Origin: Hypanus sabinus
Taxonomy: Eukaryota
Reading direction: 5' to 3'
Assembly (NCBI RefSeq): GCF_030144855.1
Contig: NC_082707.1
Span: forward strand, 39,432,001-39,496,000
Length of the DNA stretch: 64,000 nucleotides
Shown here: positions 1 to 11,539 of the stretch, piece after piece
How the letters are laid out: each line of letters starts with the position of its first letter
Numbering within the stretch: position 1 is the stretch's first letter
Notes under the pieces: generated by a model
What the model saw: only the letters and a program-made list of their open reading frames with translations
What the model was told of the DNA's origin: nothing
The model's database searches: none
Position numbers and translations under genes: made by a program

Positions 1-1670
1 GCCAGACCTCCAGGACATTCAGTTCGACAATCCGGACCTGATACTTTTTGTGGACAGCTCGTCCTCTGTCTCCCCGGACGGTGTCCGGCAATCAGGTTAT
101 GCCATTGTGACCCCACACACCACCTTGGAGGCGGCAGCCTTCCACCCACCAGTCTCGGTATAACAGGCTGAGCTTTTCGCCCTCATGCATCCTCGCCTCG
201 GGTCAGACAGCCAATACTTACACAGATTCACGCTAAGCATTTGGGGTCGCTCACGATTTTGACACACTATGGGCGCAGCGGGGCTTCCAAACGTCAGCTG
301 GCAAAAGCATTGCCAACGGCAATTTGCTCAAAGCCATCCAGCTCCCCGGTAAGCTTGCTATTGACAGCACTCTGTAAGTTGGGGGAGGGGGGAAATCACA
401 GTAATTTTAAATAAAAAAAAAGCTTGCTATTATAAAATGTGCCACCCACTTATCCGATGACTCTCCCGTTAGTAAAGGCAATGCCAGGGCAGACCTGGCA
501 GCCAAGCGAGCCTCCTCCTCTAAAACAATAACTGTGGATTCGGCCCCACGCCTTCTGCCGGTTGAAAGCCCAGGCATATCCGACATCGCGCGATTACAGG
601 GGGACGCCACTGCAACAGAAATTGATGTTTGGAAGAAACATGGTTGTATTATTAATAACGCAACGGGCCTCTGGCAGAGCCCAGCAGGTCAGACTTGTAT
701 TCCTGATAATCTCCTGCCTGCCCTGGTCGACCGCCTCCACTCTGACACCCACCTCGGCAAGGAGGGAATATGTATGTTGTTATTAAAAACATGGTGGTCC
801 CCTAGTTTAAATGATGCAGCGGAGAGACGGGCAAGGGGTTGCTTAATTTGCCATAAAGTAAACCCGGATAAATCTATTGGATGTGATAAAGGGTGCACCC
901 CAACCCCAGCAGGACCATTTGACACATTACAAATGGACTTTATTGAGTTACCTAAGGTGAATTGTTATAAGTACTGTTTACTTATAATTGACGTCTTCAG
1001 GCTGCCACGGTAGTGCGGATGCTGCTGAAAGAAGTTATTCCTCGTTTTGGTATCCCACAAAGACTCTCATCTGATAACAGTCTGCACTTCACTGAGACAG
1101 TAAACAAAGAACTCTGCGAAATATTAAAGATTGAACAACAATTCCACTCTGCCTATCACCCCCGAGCCGCAGGAATCGTGGAACGTGCAAACGGCACCCT
1201 GAAGGATAAACTAACTAAATTGACCCTTGAAACAGGACTAAATTGGCTTAAAGTCCTTCCCCTGGCACTGTATCACATGCACGTTACAACTCAAACCGGT
1301 ACCGGGCTAACTGCTGCTGAAACCATGGGGCAGTGACCAAAACCCCCCCCCCCCCCGCCAATACAAGTAGATCTACAAATGATGGGCGAGGAATTGCAGT
1401 GTTACCTCAAGCATTTAACTTTGTCTCTTAAGTTTCTACACACTCAGGTGAAGGAAGCCTCAAGACCTGTTCCTGACAGAGAAGGCGAGTGGCAGGGAGC
1501 AGAACCAGGAGATTGGGTGTTAATAAGGAACTGGGCTCGACCCAAGCTGGAACCCCGGTGGAAAGGACCGTACTAGGACCTCCTGCAGACCCCCTCTGCT
1601 GTCAAGGTGAAGGGACAAGAACGTTGGATTCATCTGAGCGACTGCAAGCGCTGGACCCCAGACCGCTAGA
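1..1670 (+). pseudogene. pol: Class I (gamma/epsilon-like) endogenous retrovirus pol, 3' part: RNase H + integrase, disrupted; continues off the left edge
   Basis: RNase H motifs (LFVDSSS..SGYAIV, QAELFAL, YTDS, GNARADLAAK); integrase HHCC (HSDTH..CLIC), LQMDFIELP, SSDN..HF, GIVERANGTLK, WKGPY, WIHLSDCKR; stops, frameshifts and a deletion near 1000. Confidence 0.93.
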
Positions 1671-1775
1671 AACTACAGATAAATGAAGGGACTGATAAAC
1701 GGACTTGATTGGACTGTCGTGTGTTTAAATTCCTTTTTCCTTGTGGTGCCACATCCTTGAAACTGCACTCTGGTA

Positions 1776-3655
1776 ATGGAAGGTAGGATGCTGTTGGTTA
1801 TCTATATTCTTTTAGCGATAGTAGGGTATAGGGCAAAGGTCGAGAGACGGGTCTATCGATGCCACGGGGAAGAACAGTAGAGTATACCACCTTTGCAGCC
1901 AGGATGTCCTGGTCTGCAACGATGATGAAGGCCAGTTGGGGAAATGGAATGTAACCAGGGTTAATTATTGTACTGGGAGACTTACACACCCGGACCGTCA
2001 ACTGGTCCTAGGCGAAAGGAACTATTGAACCCCTCCCTGTGGGGACCAGAATTGCAGGTTTGACTTTACTTGCAAGAGAAATCGGGCACAGGGTCGATTA
2101 AGGGGCCTGTTACACAAGGGGAAGTGTTTGCGGGAAGCTCTGGACGAGGAAGGCGGAAAAGGGATTGGAGTTTCCCCAAAGGCCCCACCCTTGGAAGACC
2201 TCCCTCAGGGTTTATCAGTGAGAACTATTTCCAAAACGTGCAGAAACGACTGTATGGAACCACGACCATCGTTTGCTATCCCCACCCCGCTGGTGTCTCC
2301 TCGCTCTTTACCATTTTCCCACACAGGGATTGTGCGGATCAACTCTTCCGATGTGCCCCCGCCAGCGAAACATTGCCCGAGGGAAAGAGGGTGGAACTCA
2401 CCTATGACTCTTCCACGGCCCCTGTCGCGGACTGCCTATTTCCCCCGTCCATCAGTAAACGGTCAAATCGACTCCTCCCGCGGATGAAAGAAGATTTCTG
2501 GTGGGAGGGGAATCCCAAGCCCCCGAAGGGTGACTGAGTATATGAGAACTGCTACTTCGGAACAGGGTGGGGATGTTCAGACGTGAATGTCTCGAATGAC
2601 GTCACCTGCCTCTCCAAGCCCTGTAGGGAAAGGGAGTGTCACCCCACCAAGGACCCCTTAGGGATCTCTTGCTCTTGCCATGAGACAAGTGCCAGTCCCT
2701 GGCCCAGGGGGTGCAACTTCTTTGTGGGGAGGGGAACCACACCCAACTCCGGGTCAATGATCATGTATTCCTACGACCTGAATATCATAGGGGTACCAAA
2801 CGAGTGTACGCCTCTGCCGGTATAGGAGAATGGAGTGATGCCATACACCTAAAGGGTAAGGGTTGCACTGAGACTATGTATACCCTCCATTGCTATAACG
2901 GCATTGCCACCAACTTCCTGGAGTACCCATTCCCTTCCTCGGTGGCCTATGGCACCTTCCTCCCCACGGCGGTCCCTTGCCCTGGGTCTTGGGGCCCCCG
3001 TCCCGCCCGTCTGGGAGGTACAAGAGAGAGGTCTCCTAAGAATTTTGTGCAGATTACCAAGTCCTGACCACCCTAACCGCAGGTCAGGTGGCCGGATACG
3101 GGGCAGCTGGCTTTTTCTCTTTGGGAGCATCAGGAGCCACTATGGCGGCCCACAATCTGAACTATCTGGCCTGTGGTCTCATGAGCCTTGGGAACGCCAG
3201 CAGGGGAGCATTAAGACTCATAACTGACAGCCTTAACCAACTGAGGCTCTTCTCCATGCAAAACCGCTATACACTTGATTACCTCCTTGCCAGGGAGGGT
3301 GGGCTCTGCTAACGTAAAGGACAAATGCATAATGGGGCTAGACGATGCTACTGCCAACATAACGCAGTATATGAACAAAACAGATGAACAGTTAGGATCC
3401 ATTAAGGAAGGAACAGGTTGGGCAGGATGGGGGGTACTGGGGACTAAGTGCATGGAGGGACTGGTTGATCAATGGGCTGACAGCTATTATAGGGATTTTT
3501 GTCTGTATCGCCATTGTCAAATGTGTCCTGAACACATGATGGCCTTGTTAGGGGACCTGCTGCCGGCTAAGCCACTGATGGTAGTATGAGCAACGTCAAG
3601 GCCACCGAGCTCCTCGAAACTGCACCAGAGGATTTTCACGATATTGATGAGTGAT
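1776..3655 (+). pseudogene. env: ERV env (signal peptide, SU, TM), disrupted
   Basis: Hydrophobic N-terminus MEGRMLLVIYILLAIVG; furin sites RRKR (2151-2162) and RYKR (3016-3027); ISD-like MQNRYTLDYLLAREGGLC; membrane anchor WLINGLTAIIGIFVCIAIV near 3462-3518; end coordinate approximate. Confidence 0.9.
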
Positions 3656-3678
3656 CATTTCATGATCACAGGAGGGAA

Positions 3679-4234
3679 TGAGGGTAAGGGGTATTTGTAG
3701 AAGGGGTGGGCGAGGGGTAAGTGTAGCAAAATATGTAGACAGGGCCAGGGAGAGGATACGTCATTGGGGAAGTGTAGGAGGACAGGGAAGAGGTAACTAA
3801 AATAAGATGCCAGACAGCATGTGGCAACCACAAAGAGGAACCTTGCGACCACAAGACAATGTGTTCGGCAAAGTATTTTGAGCTATATACCTATTTCGAG
3901 AGTTTTGCTTGCGTCCATACCTATTCCAAGTATTACGCTTGCGTCTATGCTTATTCCGAGTATTTCACGTGCTTAGCTATGCAATAGCCAATCAATTGAT
4001 GAATTTGAATCGGTAACCATATTTGTGAATGTAGTACCCTGCTTTTGGGTATACGTATGACCTTTGTAAACTGACAAATTGGGAGTTGGCTACCTTACGC
4101 CCGAAGTGCGTGGGGCTGCGAACTCCTCTCTGAATAAAAACCGTTTCAGCGGTAATTTCGTGTCTCTGGTGTTTTTCCTCAACTGAGCAGGTTAATAATT
4201 TCAGGTTGGCACCGGGATAATCCGCCGAGTAACA
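3679..4234 (+). mobile_element. ERV 3' LTR
   Basis: Follows purine tract AGGAGGGAA (3670-3678); TG...TAACA termini; CCAAT near 3988; AATAAA 4133-4138; ~30-bp tandem units at 3870-3980. Confidence 0.8.
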
Positions 4235-4279
4235 CAGGAAACAAGGCAGGAGCTAGTGACAGAGGTAAAGAGGAGGGCA

Positions 4280-4850
4280 GAGTTCAGGGTATCACTGATG
4301 TACCCATTCCAACGGGTAAGAGAGCCTTGAGAAGGTTTTCAGGTATGGTAGGGTATTACCGAAAATTTTGCAAGAACTTTGTGGATATTGCCCTTCCACT
4401 GACAAAACTGTTGAGAAAGAGTGAACGATTTGTGTGGGATGAGTGTTGCCAAAAGGCATTCAAACGGTTAAAGTGTATCTTGTGTCACCATCCAGTGCTA
4501 AAGGCACTAAGCTGTTCTCCCTAGCGATGGATGCTAGCGATGAAGCTGCAGGGGGGAAGATGATGGTATTGAACATCCAGTGGCATACTTTTCCAAAAAG
4601 TTTAATGTGCACCAGAAAAATTACTCAACGATAGAAAAAGAATTGCTGTCCGTCATTTTTGCATTATAACATTTTGAGGTTTACATCAATGCCGCACAAA
4701 AGCCGTTAGTGGTGTACACTGACCACAACCCTTTGGAGTTTTTAGATAAGATTAAAGATCGAAATTGGCGTGTATTAAACTGGAGCCCGTGTTTACAGCA
4801 GTTTGATATCGAGATAAGACATTTAAGGGGTACGGACAATGTGACAATGT
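4280..4850 (+). pseudogene. Ty3/Gypsy RT-thumb/RNase H remnant, probably Gmr1-like
   Basis: RRFSGMVGYYRKFCKNF, DASD, YSTIEKELL, VYTDHNPLEFL..WS..LQQFDIEIRHLRGTDNV. Confidence 0.85.
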
Positions 4851-4960
4851 GTGTAAATGCTAAATGTATGTTTTGTGAGGTAGAATGTAGTGCTTGGTGT
4901 GTAGAATCTGTGAGTGAGCAAAATTTTGCTCAAAGATCAAAATTTTCCCAAAAGGGGGAA

Positions 4961-5762
4961 TGTGTCACTCAAGTGAGAAACTGCTAGAAAATTCAGCAGT
5001 CTAATGAACAAGGAGGCAATTAAAAGGGAGAGAGGACTCTGACTTGGTTTTGATAACACTTTTAATTGTGACCTTGAGAGAGAGAGAGCGACACAAGCTG
5101 GGAAGTCACCATGGTAACAGCTCAGAGTGGTTGAGCTAACGGACAGCTAGAATTTCAAATGGATTATAAAAAGTTGAGGCTTTTGGTCTGATAACGGCAG
5201 AGGAGACACGACACGGGAGAAGTGCGGAAGCTACCCGAGAAACCACTGGTGGAGTTTAAGACCACGACGAGTGTGGAGGCCACAGACCGATTAATTTCGA
5301 CCCATGATTACCAGTGTGGGTAAGAGTTTGCTTGTAGGGGTCTGCTGGTGGTGAAACTGTGCCTTGGGTTAGTAGACCGTTCCCTAGAAGGGGCTCTGTC
5401 CATCTGTGTGGGGTTCACACAAAGTGACTAACGACTTCGGAAGCAAGAACAACTAAAGCTGCCAACGTAAACAACAACTCAATTAACTCTCTCTCTCCAT
5501 CAATTCAACTCGACGCAACACAAAGTGAACTGAACTGCTTAAACTTACCTGACAGCGTAAGACTGATATCTACGTCTAGGACTATTATCTTTGTATCCAC
5601 ACACACACATTTACAGATCTATATATATATGTATAAAAGTTATATAATATTATATCTATATATAAAAATAGTTTATAACCTGTATCATATTATCCAGTTT
5701 TAATGATATTAATTTGCAGTAGTAATAAATATAGTCTTCATTTATAGTAAACCAGACTCCAG
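4961..5762 (+). mobile_element. 3' LTR of the Gmr1-like Gypsy element, 3'-truncated
   Basis: PPT AAAGGGGGAA 4951-4960 followed by TGTGTCAC; AATAAA 5724-5729; abrupt switch to a different RT at ~5761. Confidence 0.65.
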
Positions 5763-8097
5763 GTAGACCTCGTCCGAGGATACCATCAAATCCCGATGCA
5801 TCCTGACGACGTCCCCAAAACGGCTCTCATCACCCCGTTTGGCCTTTTCGAGTTCCTCCGCATGCCGTTCAGCCTGAAGAATGCCGCACAGACGTTCCAG
5901 CGGTTAATGGACGCGGTGGGACGTGACCTGGACTTTGCATTCATCTATTTGGACGACACCTCATAGCCAGCAGCAGTCGTCAGGAGCATCTGTCCCACCT
6001 CCGTCAACTCTGTGCCCGACTGAGTGAGTACGGTCTTACAATCAACCCTGCCAAATGCCAGTTCGGACTTGATACCATTGACTTCCTGGGCCACAGGATT
6101 ACTAAAGTCGGGGCAACCCCTCTGCCCGCTAAGGTAGATGCGGTCCGCCACTTCCCCCGACCCACCACGATCAAAGGCCTTCAGGAATTCGTAGGTATGG
6201 TCAATTTCTACCACCGCTTCCTCCCTTCAGCTGCCCGGATCATGCGCCCCCTGTTCGCCCTGATGTCGGGTCCGAGCAAGGACATTACTTGGGACGAGGA
6301 GTCTGCCACTCCTTTCTTTCAAACGAAGGAAGCTTTGGCGAACGCCACAATGCTAGTACATCCCAGAATGGACTCCCCTACTGCCCTCACAGTGGACGCA
6401 TCTAACACGGCAGTCAGTGGGGTGCTGGAGCAACTCATCGCAGGTCGCTGGCAACCCCTGGCGTTTTTCAGCAAACACCTGCGGCCACCCGAGCTCAAGT
6501 ACAGTGCTTTCGACCGGGAACTGTTGGCGCTCTATCTGGCAATCCGGCATTTCAGGTACTTCCTAGAAGGTCGGCCCTTCACCGCGTTCACGGACCACAA
6601 ACCGCTTACCTTTGCGTTTACGAAAGCGTCTGACCCCTGGTCATCCCACCAGCAACGCCACCTGTCCTACATCTCTGAATACACGACGGATGTCCGGCAT
6701 GTCTCGGGTAAGGACAATGTTGTGGCGGATGCGCTCTCTCGCCCTACCGTTCATGCCCTTTCCCAAGGGGTAGACTTTGAGGCACTGGCAGAGGCGCAGC
6801 AGGCGGATGAGGAGATTCCGAGTTACAGAACCACAGTCTCCGGTTTGCAGCTCCAAGACCTCCCCGTAGGCCCGGGTGAGAGGACCCTACTCTTGACGTC
6901 GCCACTGGCCAGCCCCGTCCCGTCATCCCGACAGCCTGGCGGCGCCGTGTTTTCGACTCCATTCATAACTTGGCCCATCCCTCCATCCGGACAACTGTCC
7001 GGATGGTTTCCAGCGGGTTCGTTTGGCACGGACTCCGCAAACAGGTCAGTGAATGGGCCAAAACGTGCATGCACTGCCAGACAGCCAAGGTGCAGCGGCA
7101 CACCAAAGCCCCACCGCAGCAGTTCCATCCCGCCCACCGGCGTTTCGACCACATTCATGTGGATATCGTGGGCCCCCTGCCAGTGTCGCGCGGAGCGCGG
7201 CTCCTCCTGACTATCGTGGATCGGTTCACAAGATGGTCAGAGGTGGTCCCGCTCACCGACACCACCTCCGAATCTTGCGCCCGAGCCCTGATCACCACCT
7301 GGATATCTCGCTTTGGTGTACCGACCCACATTACCTCCGACAGAGGCGCCCAGTTCACCTCCAGCCTGTGGTCAGCTATGGCCAGCCTTTTGGGGACTCA
7401 GCTGCACCACACAACTGCCTATCACCCACAGTCGAACGGGCTAGTGGAGTGTTTCCACCGACACCTGAAGTCGGCCCTCATGGCCCGCCTGCGAGGAGCC
7501 AACTGGGCGGACGAGCTTCCCTGGGTCCTACTCGGCATCCGCACAGCGCCCAAGGACGACCTGCACGCCTCAACGGCCGAGTTGGTATACGGCGCGCCCC
7601 TGGTCGTCCCCGGGGAGTTCCTACCAGCCCCACGGGGGCAAGAGGAAGATCCCGCAGCAGTCTTGGGCAGACTACGCAAGAAGCTCAGTAACCTGGCCCC
7701 CATACCCACTTCACAGCACGGGTGGAACCCAACCTGCGTACCCAAAGACCTGCAGAACTGTAAGTTTGTGTTTGTACGAAGGGGCAGGCATCGGCCACCG
7801 CTGCAGCGGCCATACGAGGGGCCGTTTATGGTGCTCCGGAACAACAGGTCCACGTTCGTGCTGGACGTTGGGGGGAAAAAGGAGGTTTTCACGGTGGACC
7901 GCCTCAAACCGGCCCATGTGGACCTGGCGCAACCGGCCAAGTTTCCAGCACCTCGGCGCAGAGGCCGACCTCCCAAGCAGGTTCTGGCCCAGACTGTGGA
8001 CATTGGGGGGTGTATCGCCGGTTCTGGGGGGGGGGGGGTTATGTGGCGACCCATTTCCTGGCACATCCGAACCGGCTCACAATTAGATAGCCCCTAG
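5761..8097 (+). pseudogene. pol: Young Ty3/Gypsy pol (RT-RNase H-integrase), 5'-truncated, frameshifts near 5958 and 6893
   Basis: [24 protein letters not shown] (5946-5957), TVDAS, FTDHKPL, HPSIR..CMHC, HVDIVGP, SDRGAQF, YEGPF; ORFs 6197-7210 and 6970-8097. Confidence 0.95.
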
Positions 8098-8257
8098 GGG
8101 TTTGCGAGCACAGAGCTTTGGAGCCTCTGCGCCATGGGGGGCAGGTTGAGGGAGGCTTAAAAGTGAGGCTGAGGATTTTGAATAAAGTTTTTTTCCTTCG
8201 ACTGCAGTTACCGACTCCGTGTCGTAATTTTAGCGCTGCGTGTAGCACACCGCTACA
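8042..8257 (+). mobile_element. 3' LTR (216 bp) of the young Gypsy element
   Basis: G-run PPT immediately upstream; TGTGGCG...CGCTACA termini; AATAAA near 8181; close inverted copy at 47410-47624. Confidence 0.93.
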
Positions 8258-9130
8258 ATAGTACATACTGCAGTTTATCTTGATTCACCATAAAGTTACT
8301 GAGCAGTAAACAGTACAGCATGAATGTTCCATTTGCCATCTCCCTTTTTCAAGGGCTTCAGTTCAGTATCATTGAAATACCATTCAGACTCATTTTGTGG
8401 AATGACTGATACAGCCGAGCCAGTGTCCAGTTCCAGTTTAATTTGCCATCCATATCTGGTGTAAGCCACTTGTCTCTTGTTGGTTTTCACATTCAAGTCT
8501 GGTGACCCTTACACTATTTTTAGATTTCTCATCAACAGCATGCTGATTAGTGCTCTCCTTGCAATGGCACCTTGACATTTTATCTTCTGTCTCTTTCCTA
8601 CACAGTCCATTTATTTGTGTCTGCCCGACATGCTCCTTCATGGACTTACTTTCAAGGACTGTTCATCTCATGTTCTCGATATTTATTGTATATTAATTTA
8701 TTAATATTATTTCTTTCTTTTTGTATTTGCACAGCTTGTTGTCTTTTGCACAGTGGTTGAACACTCGTGTGGTCTTTCATTGATTCTGTTAATGCTATTC
8801 TGCAGATTTATTGAGTATGTTTGCAGAAAATGAATCTCAGGGTGTACATGGTGACATATATGGACTTTGATAATAAATTTACTTTGTTGCATTTTCTGTA
8901 AATTTCACTTTTAAGCCTGCATTACATGTGAGCCCCTACCACAATGGTAACACAATTTGTTTAGCCAGGCAGGTTTCTGTTTAGACTTTGTAATTTTGTT
9001 CACGGCTCACTGTCATTCCTGACTGTAACTCAAATGCGTCCATGGCTTATGTTTCCATTTCAACTATTCTTTTAAATGTGAGTTGTGCTTCAGTTAGAAG
9101 CCATTTTTGAATGTGATCTTGTAAACTTCC
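8258..9130 (-). pseudogene. Degraded Gypsy-type gag/protease remnant, split by a LINE tail (8660-8887)
   Basis: Aspartic protease motif IKLELDTGSAVSVIP (ORF 8296-8496); Cys/His knuckle-like remnant near 8900-8950. Confidence 0.65.
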
Positions 9131-9929
9131 ACAAATTAAATAATCTCTCAGTGCATCAAGCCCAACAATGAATTGACAATGCTTGGACAATTTCTTCAAT
9201 TTAGCCATGCAAGCTGAAATGGACTCCCCTTCCTTTTGATTCTGCTATGAAATCTAAAGTGTTATGCAATCAACAATGGTTTTTGTTTAAAATGTTCCCA
9301 CATTATGTTCACAGTATCAGCAGGCTCATTTCAGCTGGTTTGGTTGGAGCAGTTAAACTTCTAAGCAAACGTTCCTACCTATTGCACTCGGAATCACCAG
9401 CATTTCTTTTTCATTGGCTATTACATTTACTTCAAAATAATGCTCTATTTGTTCAGTATACATTATCCAGTTATCTGTTGTGTAATCAAATGTGTCTATT
9501 TCTCCAATATAGCAAGCCATTTCTGCTTTTTAAAAAAATTATTACTACTAGCACCTGGTACTCACTGGTTATGAACCCATGGCTATACTCATTACATGTT
9601 AATTTAATCTATTTTTTGCCTTTTTTTTTTAAACTTGAATGTCTCTCTCCCCTTCTGAAGAAAAATGTGCTGCACTTCAACAGGTCTCAGGTTCGACTTA
9701 AAACTTCATCATCACTGTTATGTTTTGTAACTCCAGAAACTAATTGAAAGAACAACACAGGAACCGGGATACTTGTTTGTTTATTTTTTTTTCTTAGTGA
9801 GGTGCTCACATATGATATGATGGTGGAATGATGTATGCTATTCACATACTTCTTACATATAACCCATAATAAATTATGTAAACAAACCACTTAATCAAAC
9901 AATATATTTGATCTGCAATACATCTGCAG

Positions 9930-10945
9930 CTTGCTACCACCCACACTGGACCCCTTACAATTTGCCTACCAACACAACCGATCAACAGATGACGCGATAG
10001 CCAAGCTCCACACACCAACCTCACCTCTGCCCCTCAACACAGATGCCCCTCAGGGCTGTGTCCTAAGCCCCCTCCTTCACTCTCTGTATACCCATGACTG
10101 TGTCACCACCACAACCCCAATCTGCTAATTAAATTTGCTGATTATACTACACTGATTGGCCTAATCTCAACTAATAATGAGGCAGCCTACAGAGAAGAAG
10201 TCTTCACCCTGACACTGTGGTGTCAAGAAAACAACCTCAATGTCACAAAAACAGAGGAGCTGTTTGTGGACTACAGGAGGAATGGAGATGGGCTAACCCC
10301 TATTGACATCAATGGATCTGGGGTTGAGAGGGTAAATAGCTTTAAGTGCCTCAGCATAAATATTGCCGAGGATCTTGCATGGTCTGTACATACTGGTTGT
10401 GTGGTGGAAAAGCACAACAGCGCCTCTTCCACCTCAGATGGTTGAAGACATCTGGTATGGGCTCCCAAATCCTAAGAACTTTCTACAGGGGCACAATTGA
10501 GAGCATCCCGACTGGCTGCATCACTGCCCGGTATGGAAACTGTACCTTCCTTAATCGCAGAACTCTGCAGAGAGTGGTGCGGACAACCCAGTGCATCTGT
10601 AAACGTGAACTTCCCACTATTCAGGACATTTACTAAGATGGGTGTGTAAAAAAGCCCCGAAGGATCATTGGGGACCCAAGTTACCCCAACCACAAACTTC
10701 CAGCTGCTACCATCTGGGAAATGGTACCGCAGCATAAAAGTCAGGATCGACGGGCTTCAGGACAACTTCTTCCACCAGGTCATCAGATTGATTAATTCAT
10801 GCTGCCATAACTGGTATTTCTATGTTATATTGTTATACATACTATTTATTACAAATTACTGTAAATTGCACATTTAGACAGATGTAACATAAAGATTTCT
10901 ACTCTTGTATATGAAGGGTTTAAGTAATAAAGTCAATTCAATATT
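9930..10945 (+). mobile_element. Rex-Babar-type LINE, 3' fragment
   Basis: LDPLQFAY..NRSTDDAI, PQGCVLSPLL.SLYTHDC, KAQQRLFHLR, FYRGTIESI, FQLLPSGKWYRSI; tail AATAAAGTCAATTCAAT. Confidence 0.85.
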
Positions 10946-11539
10946 CCTCAAATATTATGAACTACAGGTGGGGGATGAAGTGAGAAGGTGGCAGGTGATA
11001 GATGGAAAAAGTATTGCTACATGAAGACAAAGATGAGAGTGGACTGTTGCAGAAAAGGAAGGAGGGGGCACAAAGGATTGTGATAGGCAGGTGAAGAGAA
11101 AGGGCAAGAGGGGGAGCCAGGATCAGGAAGGGAAAAGAGAGATGATTCACCAGATTCATTTTCCTGGGATTGAAGTTTATGTATGATCATAATGTACACC
11201 AGGACTATGCTGAGATTTGAGAGAATTAGAAGTGATCACATTCAAAATTCCAAAACATATCCTGTTATTGATATATGGTTTATATTCCCTTGTCTAGGCT
11301 GTTTGAAACCAGGAATTACAATCTCAAAATAAGAGTTTAGTATTCAGTAATGAAATGAGAAGTGATGTCTGCAACCAATTCATTGTTAATCATTGTAATT
11401 GCAGCCAGGAGGGCTGAGAGGTTCAAGCTTTTTGAAAGAGAATAGTATTGAATATACTCTTATTTCTTTGTATCATCTGGCTTCAAATGAACCAGCCAAG
11501 AGATAGATAAAATAATTACAAAATCCAACCAGCCTCCAC

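Noticed and set aside
3870-3985. CRISPR-like periodicity
   Set aside because: Tandem units without unique spacers, inside a vertebrate LTR; no cas genes.
7053-8066. Overlapping 212-aa (+) and 214-aa (-) ORFs
   Set aside because: Alternate frames of the GC-rich integrase; few stops are expected.
9247-9747. 166-aa ORF
   Set aside because: AT-rich, no recognisable motif or splice context; probably a chance ORF.
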